Virus record (IMG/VR): IMGVR_UViG_3300044252_000013 | Location: 1 to 57,500 of that record | DNA length: 57,500 nucleotides | Source of the DNA: a virus | Taxonomy: Duplodnaviria > Caudoviricetes | Strand: one strand, 5' to 3' | In this document: positions 10,725 to 19,990 of the stretch, piece by piece | Layout of the letters: the number at the start of each line of letters is the position of its first letter | How positions within the stretch are numbered: the stretch's first letter is position 1 | Translations under genes and position numbers: made by a program | The notes under the pieces: generated by a model | What the model was told of the DNA's origin: nothing | Seen by the model: the letters and a program-made list of their open reading frames with translations, nothing else | The model's database searches: none

Positions 10725-11998
10725 TGCCAGTCGAAGTGATCACCGCAGAGAACGAAGTCGTCACCATCCAGACCTTTGAGCAAGGTCCACCGGGGCCGAT
10801 GGGTCCAATGGGTCCGCAGGGCAATCCCGGCTCGCCATCAGTGGTGCCGGGACCACCGGGACCGATGGGTCCAGTTGGTCCTGTGCCTGAAGCACCGACA
10901 GACGGAAAGATTTACGGCAGGCGCAGTTCGGCGTGGAGCGAAATCGCTGGTGCTATCTCTGCGCCTCTCGACGCCATGAGCTTCAACGGCTTGCAGATCA
11001 ACGGCGCGTTTGAAGTCGTTCAGTCTCCGCTCGCTACTCGCCCGGTCGATTGCTGGATATGGGGATTGAACGGCACGATGGTGATGACGGCAGGGCCAGC
11101 GGTAGAAAACCTGTTCCCCGGCATGCCGTCAAACTGGCGGTCGTATCCATCGACAGCGCAGCCAGCGCTTGGTCCGACGAACTACGCTGCGCTGATGCAG
11201 GGCATCGAAGGCTATCGCACGCGCAGGCTGGCATGGGGCACGATCAACGCGAAGCCGATCACGATTGGCTTCTGGTCGCATCACAGCCCTGCCGGGATTT
11301 ATTCGGTCGCCATCAGAAACAGCGCATACAATCGCAGCTACGCGACGACCTACCAGCAGCAAGTGGCGAACGCGCCTGAGTTTCACACGGTCACGATACC
11401 GGGCTGTCAGGACGGAGTGTGGAACGACACCAACAGCGTCGGCCTCTTTCTACACTTCACGCAGGCTTGCGGCATCAACTACGTCGCGCCGACCAACGAT
11501 GTCTGGCATCCCGGCGATTACTTCGCCGCTCAGGGTCAGGTCAACGCCGTGGCAACGACAAGCGACCGCTTCAGGATTGGCGGCGTCGTCTTGCTGCCGG
11601 GAGCAGTTGCGCTGTCGCCATCGGCTTCACCGCTGATCATGCGCCCATATGCGACGGAGCTTCTGCTGTGCCAGCGCTACGTCGAACAGTCGTATGCGCA
11701 GGGCGCGGTGACGACCGACAGCATTGGCGCTGCGATGTGCGTTGCCGTTGGTGCTAATCGGTTTGTCGGCGGCGGGCTGTTCTCCGCACCGAAGCGCGCC
11801 GTGCCGACGATGACCCACTGGTCGCCCATCAACGGAGCCGGTGGATGGGTCTGGTCGCCGGGGGCTGCATCGTATGCTACGAACCCGTGGCCAGCGAACG
11901 CTATGGCATGGGGCGGCTTCACCGACCTTTCGCTCGCTGACACCATCCCGGCTGGGCGACCGGCAATCTTTCACTGGCTGGCGGATGCGAGGTTCTGA
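10724..11998 (+). CDS. Collagen-repeat tail fibre / receptor-binding protein 2 (paralogue of 9219-10724)
   Basis: Shares [47 protein letters not shown] and terminal ADAR. Confidence 0.8.
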   Translation: MPVEVITAENEVVTIQTFEQGPPGPMGPMGPQGNPGSPSVVPGPPGPMGPVGPVPEAPTDGKIYGRRSSAWSEIAGAISAPLDAMSFNGLQINGAFEVVQSPLATRPVDCWIWGLNGTMVMTAGPAVENLFPGMPSNWRSYPSTAQPALGPTNYAALMQGIEGYRTRRLAWGTINAKPITIGFWSHHSPAGIYSVAIRNSAYNRSYATTYQQQVANAPEFHTVTIPGCQDGVWNDTNSVGLFLHFTQACGINYVAPTNDVWHPGDYFAAQGQVNAVATTSDRFRIGGVVLLPGAVALSPSASPLIMRPYATELLLCQRYVEQSYAQGAVTTDSIGAAMCVAVGANRFVGGGLFSAPKRAVPTMTHWSPINGAGGWVWSPGAASYATNPWPANAMAWGGFTDLSLADTIPAGRPAIFHWLADARF

Positions 11999-12285
11999 TG
12001 GCAGACTACAAACTCACCAACACCGACATGGTCATTCGCACCGCAGACAACGCGGGCATCCCGAATGATCCCAACAACCGCGACCGCATCGAGTACGATG
12101 CGTGGCTCTACGCGGGCGGCGTGCCTGATCCCTACGTGGCTCCCGAGATGCCGCCGCCTGCACCGTCGCTGGAGCAGTCGATGGTGGTCGAACTCTACGA
12201 GCATGAGAACCGGCTGCGCGTGATAGAAGGTCAGCCGCCGATCACGTTGCAGGACTACTTCAAGAAGATGACGGCGGCAAAATGA
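11998..12285 (+). CDS. Small tail fibre-associated (chaperone-like) protein
   Basis: VIRTADNAGIPNDPNNRD..EY.AWL..GG.P.P, typical after fibre genes. Confidence 0.6.
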   Translation: MADYKLTNTDMVIRTADNAGIPNDPNNRDRIEYDAWLYAGGVPDPYVAPEMPPPAPSLEQSMVVELYEHENRLRVIEGQPPITLQDYFKKMTAAK

Positions 12286-12381
12286 ACTGCGGCGGATGCG
12301 CGGAGCGGCGGCGCAGGATGGCTGAGGCGGCGAGGGCTTTGGCGAGGATGATACGAGGCGGGTCAACCGTGAAGGTGGACC

Positions 12382-12687
12382 GTGAACGACAAAGTCAAAG
12401 GCTGGCTGAGCGAACACCAGACCACGCTGATCGTATTTCTGCTGGGGCAACTGATCGTCATTGGCGCGGCGGGCGCGAGCTTCCTCGCGTACATGACGAA
12501 GCTGGAGGTGCGCGTCCATACGATGGAGACGCGCGGCGCTGAGTACACCGTGCTGAGGATGGAGGAAATGAAACTCTCTATCGCCAAGTTGCAGCAGGAC
12601 ATCGACAAGAACGAGGAAAGCATCAAGCGCATCGTTGATGTCATGACGCGCGAGCTTCACATCTCACCGCAAAAGACAAACCCATGA
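12382..12687 (+). CDS. Membrane protein with one TM helix and a coiled coil (holin-like lysis gene)
   Basis: TLIVFLLGQLIVIGAAGASFLAY then heptads; overlaps the endolysin start. Confidence 0.5.
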   Translation: MNDKVKGWLSEHQTTLIVFLLGQLIVIGAAGASFLAYMTKLEVRVHTMETRGAEYTVLRMEEMKLSIAKLQQDIDKNEESIKRIVDVMTRELHISPQKTNP

Positions 12688-13730
12688 CCGTGATCAGCGG
12701 GCGATGCTCATGGTTCGGTGGACCCGATGACACCGGGGTCGGTCCTGACGAGGGGCTGGCCTTCATCCATGAGGTCGAGGACGCCCCGCATCTTTTCCTG
12801 TCACATCAGCCGCCGGGGACCACCGGGCTGGCGCGGCGGCTCGCGCCTGAGCAGTTCTACATCGCGATGCGGTGGGACTACTCCGTCACCCCGAAAGAAG
12901 CCCTGCTCGACATGCTGGTGACGGTTCACGCGCCCTCGACCGGCATCACCTACGAGCGAGTTCATCCTGCGGACTGGGGACCGCACATCGACACCGGGAG
13001 GGTGGCGGATATCTCTCCCGGCCTCATGAGTGCCCTTGGCATCGAGACCGATGACGAGGTGATGGTTTACATCCCAGAAAGGGAGGTTCGCATGCCTTAC
13101 GAGAGCATCGTTATCAGTTCAGGTCATGGGAAGTACGTTCGCGGCGCGCACGGCATCATTGATGAAGTGGACGAGGCGCGGAAGGTGGTCGATGCGGTGG
13201 CGCTGGAGTTGAGCAAGCGCGGCGTTGACGTGGTAATTTTCCATGACGACACCAGCAAGGATCAATCGACCAACCTCGAAACCATCGTTGACGCGCACAA
13301 CTGCGAGACGCGCGATTTGGATGTCAGCATCCACTTCAACGCCTTCGAGCAGCGCGAGCAGCCGGTCGGCACCGAGGTCCTCTATTACAGTCAGGCCGAC
13401 CTCGCCTCGAAGGTCAGCGCAGCGATTGCCTCATGCGGCTTCATCGACCGGGGCGGCAAGAAGCACACCGGGCTTTATTTTCTAAACAACTGCGAGATGC
13501 CTGCCATCCTGATCGAAGTCTGCTTCGTGGACAGCGAAGGCGACTGCGAGGTCTACGCGGATCAGTTCGACGCCATCGTCACCGCCATCGCTGACGCACT
13601 CGGCGGCAAGCTGGAAGATGAGGTCGAGCCGCCCGAGGTGATCAAGCCGCCGGTCGCGCGCATCGATATCGAGGTCAGCGGTGAGGTCGTGATCTTCATC
13701 AACGGCGAGCAAGTCGTCACCAAGGCATAG
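12684..13730 (+). CDS. Endolysin: RlpA/DPBB-like N-domain plus N-acetylmuramoyl-L-alanine amidase (Amidase_3)
   Basis: CSWFGG..ADWGP..TGRVADISP; ISSGHG, DVSIHFNA, GTEV, PAILIEVCFVD. Confidence 0.88.
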   Translation: MTVISGRCSWFGGPDDTGVGPDEGLAFIHEVEDAPHLFLSHQPPGTTGLARRLAPEQFYIAMRWDYSVTPKEALLDMLVTVHAPSTGITYERVHPADWGPHIDTGRVADISPGLMSALGIETDDEVMVYIPEREVRMPYESIVISSGHGKYVRGAHGIIDEVDEARKVVDAVALELSKRGVDVVIFHDDTSKDQSTNLETIVDAHNCETRDLDVSIHFNAFEQREQPVGTEVLYYSQADLASKVSAAIASCGFIDRGGKKHTGLYFLNNCEMPAILIEVCFVDSEGDCEVYADQFDAIVTAIADALGGKLEDEVEPPEVIKPPVARIDIEVSGEVVIFINGEQVVTKA

Positions 13731-13739
13731 GAGGTCGCC

Positions 13740-13919
13740 ATGTATTTTCTCGTAGCCGCAGCGGTCCTGATCCTGATCGCGCTCCTGATAAAGTTCTGGA
13801 TGGGCGTCAATCCCGAGGAAGGTTTTCTCGGCAAGGGGTTGATGATCATCATCGCGGTGCTGGTGATCGTCGGCATCCTCGCGGTGTTCGGAGTGCTGCC
13901 TCACGGCTCCTTTCGCTGA
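13740..13919 (+). CDS. Putative holin (59 aa, two TM helices; absent from the ORF track)
   Basis: GGAGG RBS; MYFLVAAAVLILIALLIKFWMG...GLMIIIAVLVIVGILAVFGVL; directly after the endolysin. Confidence 0.65.
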   Translation: MYFLVAAAVLILIALLIKFWMGVNPEEGFLGKGLMIIIAVLVIVGILAVFGVLPHGSFR

Positions 13920-14337
13920 CGACCCGCCCGCGTCACGGGTCGAGCCGCTGCCCCCTTTCCCGCCCGCCCCGCCTTCGATATGCAGGGGCTGCTGAGCGGG
14001 GAGCGCGCGCCCCCTCAGGAAGCCGGTGGATGCCCTCCACCCGGCTGAGCGGCTGACCCGGTGAAGTAGCCCCCTACCCCGCCGGGTCAGAAGCCGCCGT
14101 CCCTTCGCAGTCCGCCTCAGGGGCGCGTTTTCCGGGGTTGGGTGGTGGGGTTGTGCCCCCGGCGGGTCAAAGCCGCTCAGCGGGGCGCTGTGGGGCCGGT
14201 CAGGGGAGCCGCAGCGCGCCCCGTACAGGCGTTTTCCCCGGCGGGTGGGACGGTCATGCCCCCGGCGGCTCAAAACCGCCCGTGGCGCGCCCTGAGCGGG
14301 GCTGGCGCGGCATCCCCGGCTGAGGCAAGCTGGATCA

Positions 14338-14532
14338 ATGACATCCGAGACTTCCCGAGAAACCGCCACCCGGCGGCTCAAGTGCGCGCGGTGCCCTGAG
14401 GGTCACCGGCAGCCCCCTCACACCCTCTGCCGGGGCTGCATGCTTCAGCTTCGCTCAGCGGCGAGCCGGAAGGGCTGGCGGTCACGCAAGCGGATGGCTG
14501 CGGCGCGCTCAGCGGCGGCGGCAGCGCCATGA
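14338..14532 (+). CDS. Small basic Zn-finger-like protein
   Basis: CARC...CRGC pairs and an Arg-rich tail. Confidence 0.35.
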   Translation: MTSETSRETATRRLKCARCPEGHRQPPHTLCRGCMLQLRSAASRKGWRSRKRMAAARSAAAAAP

Positions 14533-14937
14533 CTTGCCGCCCCTGATGGTGACCTTCCGCATGCCGTGACGCGAGCAGACATCGCCTGACGATGCGCGCC
14601 GGGTGGCCTTCGCCTTCCGGTGACGCGGCGGCGGGTCGTCCTCAGCCTCAGGCGGCGGCGTCAGCACGACGCTGCGGAGCCGTTCAGTTGCCGCTGCGCC
14701 GATCACCGCTGCGGGCGGTTCGGGCTGGGTGATCGGGATGGTCCTGATCGCGCGGACCTCAGGCAGCCGGTCCTCCTTCTTCGCGGCGGGGAGGTCAGCA
14801 TCGACTTCGTTCAGCCGGTCAGAGAGCGTCGGTGGGGCAACGTACTTCGCGGGCGGCGGCTGCCGGAAGGCGAGCGCGATCACGGGTGGCGTGAGGGCGA
14901 CTGCGACGAGCGCGAGGATGAGGCGGCGGCTGATCAT
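14509..14937 (-). CDS. Hypothetical membrane-anchored/secreted protein
   Basis: N-terminal hydrophobic segment; C-terminal DVCSRHGMRKV..GGKSWRC. Confidence 0.6.
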   Translation of the reverse strand: MISRRLILALVAVALTPPVIALAFRQPPPAKYVAPPTLSDRLNEVDADLPAAKKEDRLPEVRAIRTIPITQPEPPAAVIGAAATERLRSVVLTPPPEAEDDPPPRHRKAKATRRASSGDVCSRHGMRKVTIRGGKSWRCRRR

Positions 14938-15152
14938 TGGATGCGTTTCATTTCGAAGATGGTTTCGTCCCAGTAGTCCTTGATCGCGGCTGACACGCGT
15001 AGCCAGCAGCCGCGTTCGAACGGCGGCATGGCGGCGATGGCTTGAGCGGCTGACAGACCGGCGGGGCGATCAGTCTCAGCGAACGCCTCGACCATCCGGC
15101 AGATCAGTTCGGCTTCATCGAACTCCACAACGTGAGTTGGTCGGTCAGCCAT
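14934..15152 (-). CDS. Hypothetical protein
   Basis: MADRPTHVVEF start, coupled to neighbouring genes. Confidence 0.55.
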   Translation of the reverse strand: MADRPTHVVEFDEAELICRMVEAFAETDRPAGLSAAQAIAAMPPFERGCWLRVSAAIKDYWDETIFEMKRIQ

Positions 15153-15328
15153 CAGATGAAGCCTTTCTCCAGCGCGAGCCATTCGGGCATGGTGAAGGTG
15201 CCGTCGTCGTTGCGTTCGACTTGCGACTTCGGCACCCACTCTGCTCGCGAGCCGTCGAAGATGCGATAGGCGGCATCAGTCTCGACTTCCAGTTTTGCCG
15301 CGATATCGACCAGTTCTCGCTTGCCCAT
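15152..15328 (-). CDS. Hypothetical phage protein (58 aa)
   Basis: MGKRELVDI...ETDAA...EWVPKSQVE...TMPEWLALEKG, read manually. Confidence 0.6.
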   Translation of the reverse strand: MGKRELVDIAAKLEVETDAAYRIFDGSRAEWVPKSQVERNDDGTFTMPEWLALEKGFI

Positions 15329-15330
15329 CC

Positions 15331-15534
15331 TCAGTCCTCCGTGATCTTCGTCGGCGTGCCCATCAGGGTGATGTTGAGCGACCCCGTCTTGAGTTGAGCG
15401 AGGATGTTTTCCGCGAGCGCCTGAGCCTTGGCATCGCTGGTGGCGACGAACACCAGCGCGACCTCGTCGCCCATGACCTCGACGCGGACCTCTTTGCCGT
15501 AGTCGGGGTTGGTGAACATGCGATCAGTTGCCAT
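15331..15534 (-). CDS. Hypothetical protein
   Basis: MATDRMFTNP, coupled ORF. Confidence 0.55.
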   Translation of the reverse strand: MATDRMFTNPDYGKEVRVEVMGDEVALVFVATSDAKAQALAENILAQLKTGSLNITLMGTPTKITED

Positions 15535-15869
15535 CAGAGAACCTCGTAGGCTGCGCGGAAGTCCGCGTTGGGCATCCACTCTGGATCACCGTCCAGATTT
15601 CGAACGAGCCATTCGCCGGGGAGAATAAGCTGCGCGCCTGAGCGGCGAACGAGGCGAAGCTCGTCGCCCTGACGCTTCGTGCAGTTGGCGACCCACGGCT
15701 GCATGATCGGCTCGTCAGGCCAGTACTGCCAGACCTCCACGGTCGTTACTTTCAGTCGGGCGATGGTCGGGGGCGGCTCAGCGCCACCCCCTGCCGTTGG
15801 AAGTTTCGTGACCCGGCCACCGGCAAGCTGCTGCATGCCCATCATAATCGGAGTGCGGTCGTCGGTCAC
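15534..15869 (-). CDS. Hypothetical phage protein
   Basis: PGEWLVRNLDG..EWMP..DFRAAYE. Confidence 0.6.
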   Translation of the reverse strand: MTDDRTPIMMGMQQLAGGRVTKLPTAGGGAEPPPTIARLKVTTVEVWQYWPDEPIMQPWVANCTKRQGDELRLVRRSGAQLILPGEWLVRNLDGDPEWMPNADFRAAYEVL

Positions 15870-16255
15870 TTGCCCGCGACCTTCTTCATCACGTCAGCGC
15901 ACATGCCGTTGATGTGCTTGGTGACGCTCGACATTTCGGCAATCTGCATGTGTGCGAGTTTGCCCTGCTCGCGGATGGCGGCGGCGGCTTCGCTCAGCAG
16001 CTTCATGCTGGCGGCGGCTTCATCCAGTGAGGCTTCCAGTTTGTTGATGCGGTCCTTGACCTCCTCACCCATCACTTCGAACGCCTTGGCGGCGGCTTCG
16101 TACTGAGCGCGCACGGCGTCGGCTGACATCTTGCCGAGGTTGTCGAGGTTGGCGGGTTCGTTCTGGATGGGCACCAGCTTCGGCTGATGCATGTCATCCA
16201 CCAGCCGGTCGATATCGACAACGGCGCGGCGGGCGATGGCGGTGGGTTCAGTCAT
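15866..16255 (-). CDS. Hypothetical coiled-coil protein
   Basis: Helical Ala/Glu-rich ORF coupled to neighbours. Confidence 0.6.
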   Translation of the reverse strand: MTEPTAIARRAVVDIDRLVDDMHQPKLVPIQNEPANLDNLGKMSADAVRAQYEAAAKAFEVMGEEVKDRINKLEASLDEAAASMKLLSEAAAAIREQGKLAHMQIAEMSSVTKHINGMCADVMKKVAGK

Positions 16256-16568
16256 GGTCTCGCTCCTTCAGGTAGCGTTGGTGATAGGTGATGCAGAGGG
16301 CGAACGGGTCTTTCACGCCCCGGTCAGTCCACCATTGAAGTTCGTTGTGTTGATGCTGATCCATGTGACACCAATGGTTCAGCGGCATGGCCCAGCGGTC
16401 ATCCGGTTTCCCGTAGCCGCTCTCCTTGTCGTACTCCAGTGAGCGCGAGCGCAGATGCGCCGCGTCACATGGAGGTCCCCGAAAGCAGCCGCACGCACAT
16501 CGCTGTTCGCGCAGCCACTTCAAGTAGTTGGGATCACGCAGTCGTGGTCGGCGTTGCCTCAGCGGCAT
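16248..16568 (-). CDS. DUF968-like HNH-type nuclease
   Basis: YLKWLREQRCAC...DAAHLR...KPDDRWAMPL..WCH..QH. Confidence 0.75.
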   Translation of the reverse strand: MPLRQRRPRLRDPNYLKWLREQRCACGCFRGPPCDAAHLRSRSLEYDKESGYGKPDDRWAMPLNHWCHMDQHQHNELQWWTDRGVKDPFALCITYHQRYLKERDHD

Positions 16569-17575
16569 TACTTGCGCTTGCCTTTCGGCTTGGCAGCACG
16601 CGCTTCGCTGTGGTGGACTTCGCCTTCGCCACCGGCTTCAGCTTCGCCCTCGCCGCGCGCGGCAGCTTCTCGGGGAGCAGCTTCGCCCACTCCTTGAGTG
16701 TCGATGCCAGCTTCTCCAACTCCCCGCGCGTGCTGATCGTCGTCGCTTCGATCAGCACCGAGGTCCTGCCCTCCTTCGAGGTCAGGCTTACGCTCGCTTC
16801 CGTCATGTTCCGCCTCCTTAGTGACGACGCCGGGGTTGGCCTCGCCTTCTATAATCGAATTGACCTTGGTCGCATCGAAACTCTGATTGCCCGCCCGCGC
16901 CTTCTTGGCTTCTTCAAGCCGCGCTTGGAAGTTCGTGACCGGAGTGACGTCCTGCATCGGCGGGGCGCTTTCCAACTCCTCAGGCGTGTAGGCACCGAGA
17001 AGAACGTCTGACGCGAACAGCCGCGCCCATTGCCGTGACGCCGAGTAGAACATTTGCACTTCGGGATTGCTGTCCCAGAGCGGTGATCCCTTGACGTACT
17101 TCACGTTGTCCTTGGTGACGTGACCGGGGTGCATCCTGCTCAGCGGCTCGCTGATGTATTCGTGCGGCTTCTCCTCACCGTTGAAGGTGCCCCAGACCTT
17201 GCAGCGCCGCTCAGTGCCTTCACCGAGGATTTCGTAGCGCAGGCGTCCCTTCAGCGGCGCGTTCTTCTCGATCACCGCATGAAGCAACTGGCTCTCGAAG
17301 CCGATGCGATCACCGCCGCGCGGGACGTAGGATTTGTTGATCACCGACATAATCGGCATGCCCCACTCCAGCGCCTGCATGCAGAGCGCGTAGACCACGC
17401 CGGGGTTGTCGCGGCAATGCGCGGGCACCGCCACCATGCCGCGCGCGAGCCTGAGGCTGATCTGCTCAAGGTCGTTCACCGACTGGATCACGATGCCGCC
17501 GAGGGTCGTGCCAATCTCAATGCTGCGCGCCTTCACCAGTTCAGTGCGCTTCTCGACTTCTGCTGCGTCAACCAT
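16568..17575 (-). CDS. recT: RecT-like single-strand annealing protein
   Basis: VPAHCRDNPG..YALCMQALEWGM...ESQL...SPLW..PEVQMFY...WARL...LLGAYTPEEL. Confidence 0.75.
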   Translation of the reverse strand: MVDAAEVEKRTELVKARSIEIGTTLGGIVIQSVNDLEQISLRLARGMVAVPAHCRDNPGVVYALCMQALEWGMPIMSVINKSYVPRGGDRIGFESQLLHAVIEKNAPLKGRLRYEILGEGTERRCKVWGTFNGEEKPHEYISEPLSRMHPGHVTKDNVKYVKGSPLWDSNPEVQMFYSASRQWARLFASDVLLGAYTPEELESAPPMQDVTPVTNFQARLEEAKKARAGNQSFDATKVNSIIEGEANPGVVTKEAEHDGSERKPDLEGGQDLGADRSDDDQHARGVGEAGIDTQGVGEAAPREAAARGEGEAEAGGEGEVHHSEARAAKPKGKRK

Positions 17576-17966
17576 TCACGTTCTCCTTCGCCAGACGGGA
17601 TATCAGGTCGCGAGCCAAGCGCCGGTCTGCGGGCGATGCGAGGCGCGAATAGTTGCGGGCCAATTCCTGACCGTCCTTCGATGTGAGCATCGCCGCCATC
17701 AGGGGGTCGGCGGCGTAGCGAACGTCAGTCGCGTTCGGGAAGAAGTAATTGAGCGGGCGGTTCAGGGCTGTCACCAGCGCGCCGATGCGACCGCCGTTCA
17801 CCCGGTTGTGGCCGTCCTCGTACTTCTGGATTTGCTGATACGACACGCCCAGCATCTCACCGAGGTCCTTCTGCGACATGCCCGCCGCGATGCGCGCCTC
17901 GCGGATGCGCTCACCGAGATAGGTGTCCTGCTTTGTCGGTGCCTTGGACGCATTCCGCTTTTTCAT
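17568..17966 (-). CDS. XRE-family HTH transcriptional regulator
   Basis: LGERIREARIAAGMSQKDLGEMLGVSYQQIQKYEDGHNRV. Confidence 0.9.
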   Translation of the reverse strand: MKKRNASKAPTKQDTYLGERIREARIAAGMSQKDLGEMLGVSYQQIQKYEDGHNRVNGGRIGALVTALNRPLNYFFPNATDVRYAADPLMAAMLTSKDGQELARNYSRLASPADRRLARDLISRLAKENVNG

Positions 17967-19039
17967 TTCTCGACCTCATGCGTGACGACGAAATCGTGCG
18001 TGACGAAGCCGCGCGAGGTATCGCCCCTGACGTGTTCGTTGACCCAGATTTTCCTGCCCTTGCAGACCTCGCAAAACATATGCTTCTCGTCAGCGCCCCA
18101 TTCGTGATCGCAGAGCGGGCTGAGCGGGTGACGCCAGTCCTTGCGCCAATGCTCACGCACGGGACCGCCGCGCCGATGCACCAGCGACAGCGCATCGCGG
18201 ATGGTCTTGCGATAGAGCTTCTGCGGCACCGTCAGCGTCAGCGTCTTGTGATCGAGAAACTTTCGGTACTGACCCTTGCCGAGGAAGCCCTTCGATGCGC
18301 GGACCTCCGTGACCTCGACCGGAAGGTCGTTGATGGTCGCGAGCAGCGCCCACATGCGCCGCTGCACTCCACTCCACTCCGCGAGCAGATCAGACATCGC
18401 CTTCGGCTGGTTTGGCGTCACCAGCATGTCGGAGAAGGTGAAGCCGCATCGGTCGGTGACGTAGCCGATCAGCCCGGTGGAAATTTCACTGGGGCGGTTG
18501 CCCTCCTCACCGAAAGGAATGCGATGCCACGGCAGAATGGTTTCCATGTCAGCGGTCCACGCCAGCGCCACCGGGAAGGTCCAAGTGTCGAAGCCGTCGC
18601 CATGATCGATATCAGGATCATGCGAGACGATGTGAGCGCGGAAGGCGGTCGGGATGGTCGGGTGACGCATCAGCAACCAGCCCTCGCGCGCGGGCATCTC
18701 CTTGATGTCACAAGGGCGACCGAATAGCTCGTTGCTGCGCGCCTGACAGTTGCGGAGGTTGTATTCTATCCATGTGACCTCACCCGGCAGCCGCGCGCCC
18801 ATTCGCAGATGCTCGATCATGCGATTGCGCGTGGCGGGCGCGATGGCGTCCTTCTTGACGAACGCCTGCGTGCCAAGCTCACCGAGGAACGTTGACATCT
18901 CGTCGTCCAGAACAAACTTCTTCGCGCGCCTCAGGGCGTCACGCCACTTCGCGTTGTCGGTCCAGCCGGAATTGCGCTCGTTGCTGAACGAGGCGCGGTA
19001 GAGCGTATCGATCAGTGTGGGCGCTGCCTTCTTGCTCAT
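17963..19039 (-). CDS. Hypothetical phage protein with basic C-terminal motif
   Basis: VREHWR...IWVNEHVRGD..RGFV; 358-aa coupled ORF. Confidence 0.65.
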   Translation of the reverse strand: MSKKAAPTLIDTLYRASFSNERNSGWTDNAKWRDALRRAKKFVLDDEMSTFLGELGTQAFVKKDAIAPATRNRMIEHLRMGARLPGEVTWIEYNLRNCQARSNELFGRPCDIKEMPAREGWLLMRHPTIPTAFRAHIVSHDPDIDHGDGFDTWTFPVALAWTADMETILPWHRIPFGEEGNRPSEISTGLIGYVTDRCGFTFSDMLVTPNQPKAMSDLLAEWSGVQRRMWALLATINDLPVEVTEVRASKGFLGKGQYRKFLDHKTLTLTVPQKLYRKTIRDALSLVHRRGGPVREHWRKDWRHPLSPLCDHEWGADEKHMFCEVCKGRKIWVNEHVRGDTSRGFVTHDFVVTHEVEK

Positions 19040-19530
19040 AGCGGTCGCTGCCGAAGCCCCGGCACTCCCTTGTAAAGTTGATCCTGAACGTCGCGGTGCT
19101 GCCAGCCGAATGGAAAGCGCGTGCCGTCAGCCAACACCCAGATGTGCCACTTGTTGGAGGTATCGACCTTGCGGTCCTCAGCCGGGAAAAGCTGAACGCC
19201 CTCCGTCTCGGTGCCGGTCAACTCGTTCTTGATCTGCTGGAGGTGACGCCAGTCCCAGATCATCGCGCCGTCGCGGCGGCGGATGCAAAGCTGGATCATC
19301 TTCTTCGGCTGACCAAACCAGTCTACCTCCAAGCCGCTGACCTCGACCTGATAAAGGTTGTTGATGAAGTACGCGCACTTCGCGCTCTCGCGGTCGAGCA
19401 TGTCCTCAGCTTCTTTGATGCTGATGCCGTAGTGGTCGGCAGTCTCCTTCACGACCTCAGGGCGGCGAAACATTTGATGCCGCTCAAGCGCCACCAGCGG
19501 CTTCCAATGCGAGGGGAGTTTGTCGGTCAT
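19036..19530 (-). CDS. Hypothetical phage protein (DUF7694-like)
   Basis: LCIRRRDG..IWDWRHLQQIKNEL.G.E.EGVQLFPA....VD..N.WHIW. Confidence 0.65.
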   Translation of the reverse strand: MTDKLPSHWKPLVALERHQMFRRPEVVKETADHYGISIKEAEDMLDRESAKCAYFINNLYQVEVSGLEVDWFGQPKKMIQLCIRRRDGAMIWDWRHLQQIKNELTGTETEGVQLFPAEDRKVDTSNKWHIWVLADGTRFPFGWQHRDVQDQLYKGVPGLRQRPL

Positions 19531-19835
19531 TGCTGCTGGCTCCTGAGTGCGCGCCTGATCTGGGCGACCATGTTCTGATGGGCGCGGCTCGCGATGCGCG
19601 CCGTTGCCTTGGCGTGAGGGAGGATGGCGACGAGCTTCCCGCCGACGACGACTTTGAAATGACGCGAGCCTGAGCGGACCTCCCACTCCACTCCGCTCGC
19701 GTCGAGTAGTTGTCGCACGTCATCGGGGACATGCTTGCGGAGTGGCATCGGCTCACCCAATGGCTTCCGGCTCCGACGCGCCTTGGCGCGCTGGATTTTT
19801 TCCGGGGTTTTCACGATTGCGGTTTGAAGGGTCAT
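19527..19835 (-). CDS. Small basic protein, possible HicA-like fold
   Basis: GVEWEVRSGSRHFKVVVGGKLVAILPH. Confidence 0.45.
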   Translation of the reverse strand: MTLQTAIVKTPEKIQRAKARRSRKPLGEPMPLRKHVPDDVRQLLDASGVEWEVRSGSRHFKVVVGGKLVAILPHAKATARIASRAHQNMVAQIRRALRSQQQ

Positions 19836-19990
19836 CGCTCGCGGACCTTCTTGATGAAGGCGAGGAAGGCATGCACCACCGCGTCCTCCAGAAAGACTTC
19901 GTGCCTGACGCAGCCCCGGTCGGTGTAAAGCCTGAACTGGTAGCCATCGAACTCGGCGTACAGCCCGTCACCCAGATAGGTTTCCATCAT
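19832..19990 (-). CDS. Hypothetical protein (52 aa)
   Basis: METYLGDGLYAEFDGYQFRLYTDRG, read manually; coupled start and stop. Confidence 0.6.
   Translation of the reverse strand: MMETYLGDGLYAEFDGYQFRLYTDRGCVRHEVFLEDAVVHAFLAFIKKVRER

Noticed and set aside
9219-11998. Diversity-generating retroelement or invertible fibre system
   Set aside because: No reverse transcriptase or invertase, no near-identical template/variable repeat pair, and both genes are in the same orientation
13482-14381. Long antisense or shadow ORFs (also 48544-49875, 21182-22087, 34592-35407)
   Set aside because: They overlap well-supported genes on the opposite strand, as expected in high-GC DNA
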